This document shows positions 1-9,572 of a DNA stretch of 64,000 bases, in pieces. Where the stretch lies: NCBI GenBank assembly GCA_963737655.1, contig CAVTTN010000002.1, forward strand, positions 6,464,001 through 6,528,000, in the 5' to 3' direction. The translations under genes were made by a program, and so were the position numbers. The notes under the pieces are model-generated. The model made no database searches. It was not told the origin of the DNA and worked only from the letters and a program-made list of their open reading frames with translations. Position 1 is the first letter of the stretch. Each line of letters begins with the position of its first letter. The stretch is from an uncultured Planctomycetota bacterium (GTDB lineage: Bacteria > Planctomycetota > Planctomycetia > Isosphaerales > Isosphaeraceae).

Positions 1-528
1 CTGGAGGCCGGCGGTGGCGAAGTCGCGGACGAGGTGCTCGGCGTTCAGGGCGACGAGGTCCCACGGGCGGGTGATCCACTGGCCGCCCACGTCGACGCAA
101 AGCGAACGGTCCTGGACCTCGTCGAACCAACCGGCGACGCCGTTGGGTTCCAGGCCCGAGGCGGCCTGGGGGCCGACCAGGGCCAGGGCGGGCTGGCCGT
201 CGCAAAGGCCGACCCACGGGGAGCTTCCGTCGGTGGGAGGGACGAAGTCAACCGGCGGGACCCAGCGGGCGTTGGCGACCACGACCTCGCCCCGGGCCAG
301 CCAGTCGCGGTCGTTCACGGCGGTGTGGGGGTCGCGCTGGCGCTGGATCGGCGCCAGCCAGGGGCGGATGACGGCCGATCGCCGGGCCGGCCCCGGGCCG
401 ACGCCCAGGGCCCGGGCGATCTTGGCCCCCAGCGTCCCCCCTCCCAGCAGGAGGTCGTAGGCCGGGCGGGTCAGGGTCAGCGGCTCCAGGCCGGCGACGG
501 CATGATCTTCGACGAGGCAGAGACGCAT
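1..528 (-). CDS. Putative sugar nucleotidyltransferase, GlmU-like N-terminal domain (runs off window start)
   Basis: Manual translation from ATG 528: MRLCLVEDHAVAGLEPLTLTRPAYDLLLG...NARW...ITRPWDLVALN, matching the LxPLTxTRP and RPWDL motifs of this family. Not in the ORF track because it is truncated. Confidence 0.8.
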   Translation of the reverse strand, partial: MRLCLVEDHAVAGLEPLTLTRPAYDLLLGGGTLGAKIARALGVGPGPARRSAVIRPWLAPIQRQRDPHTAVNDRDWLARGEVVVANARWVPPVDFVPPTDGSSPWVGLCDGQPALALVGPQAASGLEPNGVAGWFDEVQDRSLCVDVGGQWITRPWDLVALNAEHLVRDFATAGLQ

Positions 529-716
529 GATGATCCGCTCCTTCCGCGGCGCAGAGCGCCCGAGGGTCGAGAGATCCGAGGAACCGGGGGGATGTCTCGA
601 CCGGGGAGAGTCCGCCGGACGTCGCGCCCGCGATCACTCCGATCCGTCGGAGCCGCCCCGATTATACGGAGCGATCGGAAGCCCCGGCCAGCCCGGTTCC
701 GCTCGCCTCAGCAAAC

Positions 717-1199
717 TTATCGGACCTTCATGAAACGCAACGAATCGGTGTCGAGATCCAGCAACGCGACGGTCCAGGCCGCGGCCCGGTGCAGGGCCCC
801 GGGGTTGATCAGGCGGGTCGGGCCGATCCGTTCATCCCGGGGGACGTGGGAATGGCCCAGGAGCAGGTAGTCGGGCAAGCCCTCCTCCAATCGACGGATC
901 TCGGCCGGGAGGTCGCCGTGAGCGACGGCGATCCGCCGGCCCGCCAGGGTGACCTCGCCCCCCCAGCCCAAGCATAGGCCGCCCACGGCGTCGATGGCGG
1001 CCCTCAGGCCGATCTCGTCGAAGTCGTTATTGCCAAAGACGAAATGGCACGGAAGGAGGCCGCACTCGTGGACCACGTCGGGCGTCGTGAGGTCGCCGCA
1101 GTGGACCAAGGCCTCGGCCCCGGACTCCTCCAGGAGCCTCACGGCCCGGGTAGTCCGGTCGATCCGGTCGTGGGTATCCGAAAGGATTCCGATCCTCAT
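717..1199 (-). CDS. YfcE/MJ0936-family metallophosphoesterase
   Basis: Motifs SDTHD, HCGD, GNND, AHGD, GHSH, NPG. Confidence 0.92.
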   Translation of the reverse strand: MRIGILSDTHDRIDRTTRAVRLLEESGAEALVHCGDLTTPDVVHECGLLPCHFVFGNNDFDEIGLRAAIDAVGGLCLGWGGEVTLAGRRIAVAHGDLPAEIRRLEEGLPDYLLLGHSHVPRDERIGPTRLINPGALHRAAAWTVALLDLDTDSLRFMKVR

Positions 1200-1492
1200 G
1201 GGTCTGTCGGCCCCGTCCTGGCCCTTGAGTTCGGTGGACCGGGCTCACCGGCTAGCCACGCCGGAGATCCCGGGTTAAACTTAGGGGAGAGCGTCAAGGT
1301 CTGCCGATCCGACCGGGCCCGCCCCGGGGTGGTTCGGGGCCTTCGAGAAGCTCGACGGCCGCCCCCTGTTCGGGCGGCCGGCGCCCGGCCGAGAGGAAAC
1401 GGTCGGGCGCGGGAAGGGATCCCCCCGACGGCCTCCTCGCGGAGGTCCTCTCCCTTCCCCGGTTCTGCCCGCGCCGCGCGGGGAGGTGTCCA

Positions 1493-1726
1493 ATGTCGCT
1501 CTTGACCCGTCCGTCCCGTCGCAAGAAGACCACGACTTCGAAGGATCTCGCCACCCCTCCGGCGAAGATGGCCCGAGAGGCCGAGGCCCCCGACCGAGGC
1601 GGCGAGGCCGCCCATCGCGAGGCCCCCGAACGAGGACGCGTCCGCGTCGCCGAGGCCCCCGACGCCGGGGAAGGCCGCGCCGCCGCCCTCGATCACGAAT
1701 TCACCCACGGCCGCAGCCAGAGCTGA
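1493..1726 (+). CDS. Small hypothetical protein with three EAP(D/E)xG repeats
   Basis: GGAGGTG ribosome-binding site just before ATG 1493; no recognisable family; 3' end uncertain. Confidence 0.4.
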   Translation: MSLLTRPSRRKKTTTSKDLATPPAKMAREAEAPDRGGEAAHREAPERGRVRVAEAPDAGEGRAAALDHEFTHGRSQS

Positions 1727-1914
1727 GCGGTCGGGCCAGGACCGATCCCGATCCCTGTTCGAGATCGCCGCCGGAGGCCCCACCGCCCCGCTCTGCCGGC
1801 CCGGACGGGACGATCCTCGAACCTCACCCGTCGAGGACGACCACCTCAGGCCGGCATCCCCCGCCCCGGGACCGCCCGTCGGTCCCGGGGCGGAGCTCGT
1901 GACCGACCGCCCGG

Positions 1915-2709
1915 TCAGCGCCGGCCCGCCTCCCGGAGCAACGCGCTCGCCCACGCCGCATCCTCCGCCGAGAGCGGGGGTTCCGGCTCGGCTCGATAGT
2001 CGATCGCCAGCGCGTATCGGCCGTTCTTGTAGGCCAGATCGACGATCGCCTGAAGGTCCAGGACCGCGTCGGCGTCCTTGGGCCGCAACGGGATGCCGAT
2101 CCTCGGCAACCTCTCCCGCAGGGGCAGCGGATAGATTTCCAGCGCCGCGTCATGAGGGCTTCGGGAAACGCTGGCAAGATAGGAGGAGCGGATCGACGGC
2201 GGGAGCGATTCCGCCTCCAGGGGCAACCCGCGATGGCCTCGTCGTAAGAGGTCGATCTCGACCAGGCTGGTCTTCGAGGACTGGATCGCCGAGAGCTTGC
2301 GGAGATATTCGCGGCGCCCGGGGCCCTTGCGCTTGTACCAGGGGCTGAGGACCTCGATCACGGTCACGAGCTTCTCGCGGGAGCCGGGCTCGACGATTTC
2401 AATGTAAGTCTCGGTCCTCCGCGACTTTCGGGGAACGAGGATCGGCCTCGCAGAGTCGGATTCGGGTTCGGCGACCAGGACCCCGCCGCCTCGTCCGGAC
2501 TTCCTCCGGGCGGGCTTGGTGACCATCACGTCCGGGTAGAACGACGCCGGCTCCGGCGCGGCGATGACCACCCTCTCCTGCATCCGGGCCCGCAGGTCCG
2601 GCGGCAGCTTCTCCTGGACGGCGTCGCAGGAGTAGGTCACGAGCCGTCCGTGAATATCGCCCCACGAGGCTTCCAGATACGGGTCCATGCCCGGAAACGG
2701 ACTGGCCAT
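1915..2709 (-). CDS. DUF4058 family protein
   Basis: MASPFPGMDPYLE N-terminus; VTVIEVLSP, LVEIDLLR and YxxxIDY motifs; GGAGG RBS. Confidence 0.93.
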   Translation of the reverse strand: MASPFPGMDPYLEASWGDIHGRLVTYSCDAVQEKLPPDLRARMQERVVIAAPEPASFYPDVMVTKPARRKSGRGGGVLVAEPESDSARPILVPRKSRRTETYIEIVEPGSREKLVTVIEVLSPWYKRKGPGRREYLRKLSAIQSSKTSLVEIDLLRRGHRGLPLEAESLPPSIRSSYLASVSRSPHDAALEIYPLPLRERLPRIGIPLRPKDADAVLDLQAIVDLAYKNGRYALAIDYRAEPEPPLSAEDAAWASALLREAGRR

Positions 2710-3188
2710 CAGCGGTCCTCCCGATCGGTGGAGCCCATCGTATCACATCGATCCCGGAGATGCCGAGGTCGTCCGTCGACGCATGCATGCCGGCGTGAAC
2801 GCATTGATGACATGCAGTTGTGTTAAAATGGGTCGGATGTTGTGTGAGATCAACACGACGTACCCCAAAGTCATTGCAAAGGTTAGGTCTGGTTCTGCCG
2901 AACCTTATGGATTTGACGAAGGATTTGCGTCGAGCCGACCGATGATTCATGTTGAAGGACGTTCCGGGCCGCGTCGGCCTGGACCCCGGGCTCGGTTGCC
3001 TCGACCCGATGGTGCGTCCGCCTCGCGAACCGTCCTGATCGATTTCGGGCTCCGCCTGAGAGACCTCCCCGTCCCAGCGGCGGTTTGCGGATCATTCCCC
3101 TTCTTCGAGTCCTCACCTGCCGGCGCCGACAGGCACTCGATTCCCGTTCGATCCCCGTCGCTCGCCTCGCCTCCTCATGGGAACTCCG

Positions 3189-5216
3189 ATGCCGCTCCGC
3201 CCCCGCGACGATCGCGGCCCGCGCCGGCCGTTTCGGCCCTCGGTCGCTGCCCTGGAAGCCCGGGAGTTGCTGTCCAGCCTCCCCTCCGCCCCGACGGCCG
3301 ACGAGCAGTACATGCTCCAGCTGATCAATCGGGCCCGGGCCAATCCCCCGGCGGAGGGTCAGAGGCTCGTGGCCCTGGCCCAGACCGACCCGACGCTCCA
3401 GGCCGCGACCCAGGGCGTGGACCTCTCGGCGTTCCTCCGCGAGATTGACAGCTACGGCCCCCTGCCCCCCCTGGCCTTCAACGCCCGCCTCAACGCCGCC
3501 GCCCTGGACCACGACGCCGCGATGCTCGCGGCCAACAATCAAGTCCATGCCCCCAACGGATTCCTGGTCAATCCGTCGCTCGGGCTGGTCGCCGGGGACG
3601 GCCAGGCGTATTACCCGGTGAGCTCGTCGACTTCTTGGGCCACCGGCGAGAACGTCTTTGCCTATTCGGGCAACGTCCCGGCCGGATCGACCCGGAGCTA
3701 CGTGGATTACTTCGAGGCCGGTCTGTTCATCGACTGGGGCAACCCCGACTTCGGCCACCTCAAGAACTTGCTGGCCCCGGGCCCGGCCGAAGCCGCCGCC
3801 GCCGGCCAACTCCCGTTCAGCGAGATCGGCATCGGCCTGATGACCGGAGTGACCCCGACGACCCCCGCCCCGGCGAACCCGGAAAACCCCGCCAATCGCG
3901 GCCTGAACGTCGGCCCCGACCTGCTCACCCAGGAATTTGCCTGGAAGACCGGGCCGGCCTCCCTCACCGGCGCCGCCTATCTTGACTCCGATGGCAACAA
4001 CTTCTACACGCCCGGCGAAGGGCTCGGCGGGATCACGATCCAGGCCGTCGGCCAGCACGGCGAGGGAAGCTTCCAGACCGTGACCTGGGACTCCGGCGGC
4101 TACTCCCTTTCGCTCCCCGCCGGGACGTACACGGTGACCGCCTCGGGCCCGAACCTCCCGGCGCGATCGTCGGTCGTGACGATCGGCCAGGACAACGTCG
4201 AATGGGACATTCAGGCCGAACCGACCGTCTCGAAGGCCGATCAGCCGGTCCCGGGCAACTACGACGGCCTGGGACACGCCGAGATCGCCGTCTATCGGTC
4301 CTCCACGGCCCAGTGGTTCATCTCCGGCCCCAACGGCGGCCGGTCGGTGACCTTCGGCGAACCCGGCGTGGACATCCCGGCCCCCGGCGACTACGACGGC
4401 GACGGCAAGACCGACATCGCCGTGTACCGGCCGACCACCGGCCAGTTCCTGATCCTCGGCTCGAAGGTCGGCCCCGAGGTCCTCGCCGTCGGGACCCCCG
4501 GCCAGGGCGTGCCGGTCTCGGCCGATTACGACGGCGACGGCAAGGCCGACCCGGCGGTTTACGACCCCTCCACCGCCCGGTGGACGATCCTCGGCTCCTC
4601 CTCCGGGCTCCGGAGCTTCTCGTTCGGCCAGCCGGGCGTCGATCAGCCGATCCCGGCCGATTATGACGGCGACGGCAAGGCCGACATCGCCGTGTATCGC
4701 CCCTCGACGGCTCAGTGGCTGATCCTCGGCTCCTCGACCGGGGCCCGGGTCACGAGCTTCGGCCAGCCGGGCGTCGATCAGCCGATCCCGGCCGATTACG
4801 ACGGCGACGGCAAGGCCGACCTGGCGGTCTACCGGCCGACCACCGCCCAGTGGCTGATCCTCGGCTCCTCGACCGGCCCGAAGGTCGCCTCGTTCGGCCA
4901 GCCGGGCGTCGATCAGCCGATCCCGGCCGATTACGACGGCGACGGCAAGGCCGACCCGTCCGTGTTCCGGCCCACCACGGCTCAGTGGTTGCAAAGCCTT
5001 TCGCGAGGAGGGGCTTCGGTCACGACCTTCGGTCAGTCCGGCCCGGCCCCGACGGCCTCGGCGCCCGCCTCGCCGACCACGACGACCACGACGGTCCGCA
5101 GCCAGTCGATCGGCTCGGCCCAGGCCATGACGTCCCCCGCGTCCACCACGCCCTCGATGACGCTCCCAACCCGCCGAAAAGCCACAAAGACGCACAAGGC
5201 CACCCGACGCGTCTAG
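3189..5216 (+). CDS. Secreted protein: planctomycete extracellular motif + CAP/SCP-like domain + SdrD-B-like segment + FG-GAP-like repeats
   Basis: LEARELLS; EQYMLQLINRARANP, GEN, GHLKNLL (CAP); six repeats of P(G/A)DYDGDGKAD; Thr/Lys-rich tail. Alternative start 3177. Confidence 0.88.
   Translation: MPLRPRDDRGPRRPFRPSVAALEARELLSSLPSAPTADEQYMLQLINRARANPPAEGQRLVALAQTDPTLQAATQGVDLSAFLREIDSYGPLPPLAFNARLNAAALDHDAAMLAANNQVHAPNGFLVNPSLGLVAGDGQAYYPVSSSTSWATGENVFAYSGNVPAGSTRSYVDYFEAGLFIDWGNPDFGHLKNLLAPGPAEAAAAGQLPFSEIGIGLMTGVTPTTPAPANPENPANRGLNVGPDLLTQEFAWKTGPASLTGAAYLDSDGNNFYTPGEGLGGITIQAVGQHGEGSFQTVTWDSGGYSLSLPAGTYTVTASGPNLPARSSVVTIGQDNVEWDIQAEPTVSKADQPVPGNYDGLGHAEIAVYRSSTAQWFISGPNGGRSVTFGEPGVDIPAPGDYDGDGKTDIAVYRPTTGQFLILGSKVGPEVLAVGTPGQGVPVSADYDGDGKADPAVYDPSTARWTILGSSSGLRSFSFGQPGVDQPIPADYDGDGKADIAVYRPSTAQWLILGSSTGARVTSFGQPGVDQPIPADYDGDGKADLAVYRPTTAQWLILGSSTGPKVASFGQPGVDQPIPADYDGDGKADPSVFRPTTAQWLQSLSRGGASVTTFGQSGPAPTASAPASPTTTTTTVRSQSIGSAQAMTSPASTTPSMTLPTRRKATKTHKATRRV
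4623..4990 (+). repeat. Intragenic 135-bp tandem repeat encoding 45-aa FG-GAP-like units
   Basis: ttcggccagccgggcgtcgatcagccgatcccggccgatta recurs at 4623, 4758 and 4893. Confidence 0.9.
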
Positions 5217-5297
5217 GCCGCGACCTCGGCCCAGCCGGCCCGGACCAAACCGGGCTGACCGCCGCCGAGAATCGGCCCGGGAGTCCGTCCTGGCCCC

Positions 5298-5327
5298 TTG
5301 ACCCGGGAGCGCGCCGGCGGTTAGTCT
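5298..5327 (+). promoter_or_regulatory. Sigma-70-like promoter of the PTS cluster
   Basis: TTGACC-N18-TAGTCT. Confidence 0.55.
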
Positions 5328-5394
5328 GATTCATCGCTCGAGGACCCCTTCACGGGATCGCGGGCGAGGCGGTCGAGCCGGAAGGAGTGGTCGG

Positions 5395-5649
5395 TTGGAC
5401 CTTGAGATCACGACCCACCACGGCGGCCCGGAGTTGACTCGTACCCGGCGGAAGGCCGGGGCGTCGCGGCCGGGGTTCGGTGGTCGGCGATCGATCGAGG
5501 CCGAGACCCGGAAGCCCGGCTTTGTCGCCCGGGTCGAGCCGCCTTGGAGAGGTGACGAGGAGAAGGTCCAGGGGGATGGGGACGCGGTGGCCCCGGGCGG
5601 GACGTTGGCGAGCCATCGCGACGGGCTCGAACCGCCGGGATCGCGGTGA
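5395..5649 (+). pseudogene. hpf: Degenerate ribosome hibernation factor (HPF/RaiA) remnant
   Basis: AAGGAG RBS then TTG. LDLEITTHHG / RKAG..FGG..SIEA / RKPGFVAR / EEKVQG are collinear with the recalled planctomycete HPF consensus, with internal deletions. Sits at the usual position upstream of PTS IIA. Confidence 0.6.
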
Positions 5650-5833
5650 TCGGCCGTCGGCCCGTTCGACGGACCTGCCGGCCCGCCCCGAAGGCGGTCG
5701 GGTGTCCCTGGCCCCGGTCGGCCGAGGCCCCCGGATCGTCCGGCGGCCGCCCGCGTCTCAGCCCCTCGATCGCGAGGGCGGGCCCGAGCCGGAACGAACC
5801 GGCCGGAGACCGCGTCGGACTGTGGAGGGCTGG

Positions 5834-6304
5834 ATGAAGCTTTCGGATTTCGTGGTGCGCGACGCGATCCTGGTCGATCTCCAGGCGACAACCAAGGAAC
5901 CGGCGATCCGGGAGATCGTCCAGAGCCTCTGCGGCTCCGGCCGGTTGGCCGAGGCCGACGCCGACGGCGTGGCCCGGGCGATCCTCAACCGCGAGGAGCT
6001 CGGCTCGACCGGGATCGGCCAGGGCGTGGCCGTCCCCCACACGCGCCACCCCAAGGTCGATCGCCTGATCGGCACCGTGGCCCTCTCCCGCAAGGGCGTG
6101 GACTTCGCCGCCCTGGACGGCGAGCCCGTCGATGTCTTGTTCCTCCTGGTCTCCCCCCCCAATCAGCCGGGCGACCACCTCCGGGCCCTGGAGAACATCT
6201 CCCGTCACCTGAAGGACGAGCGGTTCGTCAGCTTCCTCCGCCAGGCCAAGACCCGCGAGCAGGTCATCGACGTGCTCGACGAGGCCGATCAGACCGCGTC
6301 CTGA
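5834..6304 (+). CDS. PTS IIA component (fructose/nitrogen, PtsN-like)
   Basis: REELGSTGIGQGVAVPH, DFAALDGEPVD; GGAGGG RBS. Confidence 0.95.
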   Translation: MKLSDFVVRDAILVDLQATTKEPAIREIVQSLCGSGRLAEADADGVARAILNREELGSTGIGQGVAVPHTRHPKVDRLIGTVALSRKGVDFAALDGEPVDVLFLLVSPPNQPGDHLRALENISRHLKDERFVSFLRQAKTREQVIDVLDEADQTAS

Positions 6305-6472
6305 CGAATCAAGCCGAATCTGATCGAACCGTGCCGCACCGAACGCCGCGATCCCGGCGCGCCGAGACGATCGGGATCCTATCCGCGAACCCGACGGCCC
6401 GAGGGGCCGATGTCCCGGCCCCCTCCCGCGCGAACTCGCCCCCGGGCCGAGCCGAGCTGAGCCGAGCTTTCG

Positions 6473-6787
6473 ATGACGAACGACGAACCGGTCGCCCGCC
6501 GCCAGGTGGAGATCCTCAACGCCCTGGGCCTCCACCTGCGCCCGGCGGACAAATTCGTCCGGCTGGCCGGTCGGTACGCCTCGGAGGTGCGGGTCCATCT
6601 CGGCGGCCACGCCTTCAATGGCAAGAGCATCCTCGACCTGACCAGCCTGGCGGCCGAGAAGGGCACGGTCCTGGAGATCGAGGCCCGGGGGCCCGACGCC
6701 CCGGCGGTCGTCGAGGCGCTGGCCGCCCTGGTCGCCGCCCGGTTCTACGAGGACGACGAGGGGCAGGACGAGGGCCCCGAGCCATGA
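6473..6787 (+). CDS. ptsH: HPr family phosphocarrier
   Basis: GLHLRPA (phospho-His) and NGKSILDL (regulatory Ser); acidic tail. Confidence 0.95.
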   Translation: MTNDEPVARRQVEILNALGLHLRPADKFVRLAGRYASEVRVHLGGHAFNGKSILDLTSLAAEKGTVLEIEARGPDAPAVVEALAALVAARFYEDDEGQDEGPEP

Positions 6788-6881
6788 AATCCCGGGACGC
6801 GGCGCCCCTGCGCCGCTCGACGCCCGAGCCAACCCCCGGGCCGAGCCTTCCCCCTCCTCCCCCCGGACCGGGGACACCTCC

Positions 6882-8679
6882 GTGCCGCGCGCCTCGAAGA
6901 AGACCGCCTTCGCCCCCATGGCGATCCTCCCCGGGATCGCCGTGAGCCCCGGGATCGCCATCGGCCCGACCCTGGCGCTGGACCCCGCCGGCTTCGCCCT
7001 GCCGGCCCGCGCCATCGCCGCCGAGGCCGTCGTCCCCGAACTCCAGCGCCTGGACCTCGCCCTGGACGCCGCCCGGATCGGCGCCGAGGCCGCCGAGGCC
7101 GACGCCCGGTCCCGGCTCGGGCCTCAATATGCCGACATCCTCGGGGCCCACGCCCGGATGATCTCCGACCCGTCGCTCCGCCGCGACACCAGGAGGGCCG
7201 TCGAGTCCGGCCGGGTCGCCGCCGAGCACGCCGTCCGGGACGTCCTGGAAGGGCACGCCGCCCGTCTCGAAGGGCTGGCCGACGCCCACCTCGCGGCCCG
7301 AGCGGCCGACGTCCGCGACATCGAGGGCCGGATCCTCGCCGCCCTGGCCGGCGGAGACGCCCGACCCTCGGCCGCCATCGCCCCGGATGCCCCCAGCGTG
7401 ATCCTGGCCCACGACCTCTCCCCCAGCCAGACCGCCGGGCTGGACCCCGGCCGCGTCCTGGGGTTCGCCACCGAGGCCGGCGGCCGGACCTCTCATACGG
7501 CGATCGTCGCCGCCGCCCTGGAGATCCCGGCGGTCGTCGGCCTCGGCAAGTTCCTCGACCGGGCCGGGGGCCCGCTCGGCGATCGTCGACGGCGACGAGG
7601 GCCTGGTCGTCCTGGACCCCGACGCCGCCACCCTCCGCAAGTACCGCCGGGCCGCCTCCGAGCGCGCCGCCCGCTTCGCCGGGCTCTCCAAGCTCGCCAA
7701 CCTCCCGGCCGAGACCCGCGACGGCCAGGTGATCCGCCTGATGGGGAACATCGAGTTCCCCGCCGAGGCCGCCGGCTGCCTCGAACGCGGGGCCGCGGGC
7801 GTCGGCCTGTACCGGACCGAGTTCCTCTACCTCAACGCCGACCGCGCCCCGACCGAAGACGAGCAGTTCGCCGCCTACGCGGCCGTGGTCCGCTCCATGG
7901 CCGGCCGGCCGGTCACGATCCGGACCCTGGACCTCGGGGCCGACAAGCTCGTCTCCTATCAGGGAGGGGCCGAGGCGTCGGCGAAGAACCCGTTTTTGGG
8001 GCTGAGGTCCATCCGCCTGTCGCTCCGCGACCCGGCCCTGTTCCGCACCCAGCTCCGGGCGATCCTCCGGGCCAGCGCCCTGGGGGACGTCCGGGTGATG
8101 TTCCCCCTGATCTCCACCCTCGGCGAGTTCCGCCGGGCCCGGGCGATCGTCGACGACGTGGCCGCCGAGCTGAGGGCCGAGGGCGTGGCCGTCCGCGAGG
8201 GTCTGCCCGTCGGCGCCATGATCGAGGTCCCCGCCGCCGCCGTGATGGCCGATCGGCTGGCCGAGGAGGTCGATTTCTTCTCGATCGGCACCAATGACCT
8301 GGTCCAGTACACCCTGGCCGTCGATCGCACCGACGAGACCGTGGCCGACCTGTTCAGCCCGGCCGATCCGGCCGTCCTCCGCCTGATCGCCCTGGTCGTC
8401 GAGGCGGCCCGGCCGAGGGGCCTGGAGGTCACGGTCTGCGGGGCGATGGGCGGGGAGCCGCAATACGTGCCGCTGCTCCTGGGCCTGGGCCTGAGGTGCC
8501 TGAGCATGCCTCCCCACCAGTTGCCCGAGGTCAAGCGAGTGATCCGCGGCCTCGACATGGCCCAGGCCCGCTCGATCGCCGCCGAGGCGCTGAAGCAATC
8601 GACGGCCGAGGCCGTGGTCCTCGCCCTGGGAGGCCCTTCGCCGACCCGTCCCAAGAAACCCGGGGAGCGCGTCGGATGA
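6882..8679 (+). CDS. ptsI: PEP-protein phosphotransferase (Enzyme I), frameshifted near 7570
   Basis: GIAVSPGIAIG and GGRTSHTAI in frame 1; GVGLYRTEFL, MIEVP, FSIGTNDL in frame 2. Break falls in a G run. Start may be 6918. Confidence 0.93.
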
Positions 8680-9329
8680 GCCAGGACGCCGCCGCCTCCC
8701 CGCCGACCCGGATCCGCCTCAGGTTCGCCAAGGAAGGGGACTTGCGCCTGGTCAGCCACCACGACCTGATGCGCTGCCTGGAGCGGATGCTCCGCCGGGC
8801 CGAGCTCCCGGTGGCGCAAAGCCAGGGGTTCAACCCCCGGCCCAAGGCCACCTTCGCCCTGGCCATGGCGCTGGGCATCGAGGGCCGACGAGAGGTCCTG
8901 GACCTGGAGTTGACCGAGCCGATCGCGCCGGAGGACGTCCTCCGCCGGCTCTCCGAGCAGGCCCCCGAGGGCCTGGTGTTCTCCCGGGCCGAGGCGATCC
9001 CGCCCGGCCGGGCCGCCCGGGTGGTGGCGGCCGAGTATCGCCTGCCGATCCCCGAAGACCGCCGCGACGCCGCAAGAGCCGCCGTCGCCGACCTGATGAC
9101 CCGAGAGTCCCGCCCCTTCACCCGCCGTCGTCCGGACCGCACCGTCGAGATCGACCTGCGCCCGTTCGTCCTCGGGGCCGACCTCGAACCCCACGGAGAC
9201 CTCCATCTCCGCCTGAAGATCGCCCCCGACGGCTCCGCTCGGCCCGAAGAGGTCGTCGAAGCCCTGGGCCTGTCCGACCTGACCGCCTCCGGCGCGATCC
9301 TGGTCCGCTCCGACGTGGAGCTGGCCTGA
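8676..9329 (+). CDS. TIGR03936/DUF2344 radical-SAM-associated protein
   Basis: RLRFAKEGDLRLVSHHDLMR, SQGFNPRP, GSARPEEV; ATGA overlap with the ptsI stop. Confidence 0.92.
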   Translation: MSQDAAASPPTRIRLRFAKEGDLRLVSHHDLMRCLERMLRRAELPVAQSQGFNPRPKATFALAMALGIEGRREVLDLELTEPIAPEDVLRRLSEQAPEGLVFSRAEAIPPGRAARVVAAEYRLPIPEDRRDAARAAVADLMTRESRPFTRRRPDRTVEIDLRPFVLGADLEPHGDLHLRLKIAPDGSARPEEVVEALGLSDLTASGAILVRSDVELA

Positions 9330-9349
9330 CTCGGTCGTCGTCCGTTGCC

Positions 9350-9532
9350 AGTTGTCAGTCCTCAGTCGTCATGGAGAAGTCGTCAGTCGTCAGTCCACCG
9401 ATCCGAGGACGCTTCCTCCGACTCGTCCCTCCCGATCGTTGCCTTGCCGGATCGACGACCGGCGCCATACCGCCGAGGTCGTCTCCCTCGACCCATCGAC
9501 GACCGACCGCTGAAGACCGAGGACCGACAACT
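9350..9532. repeat. Imperfect inverted repeat of AGTTGTC-type heptamers bracketing the rne leader
   Basis: agttgtcagtcctcagtc (9350-9367) versus gaccgaggaccgacaact (9515-9532), 2 mismatches. Confidence 0.65.
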
Positions 9533-9572
9533 CTCTCCTCCACCAAGCCAAGCCCACAGAAAGACCGACCGC

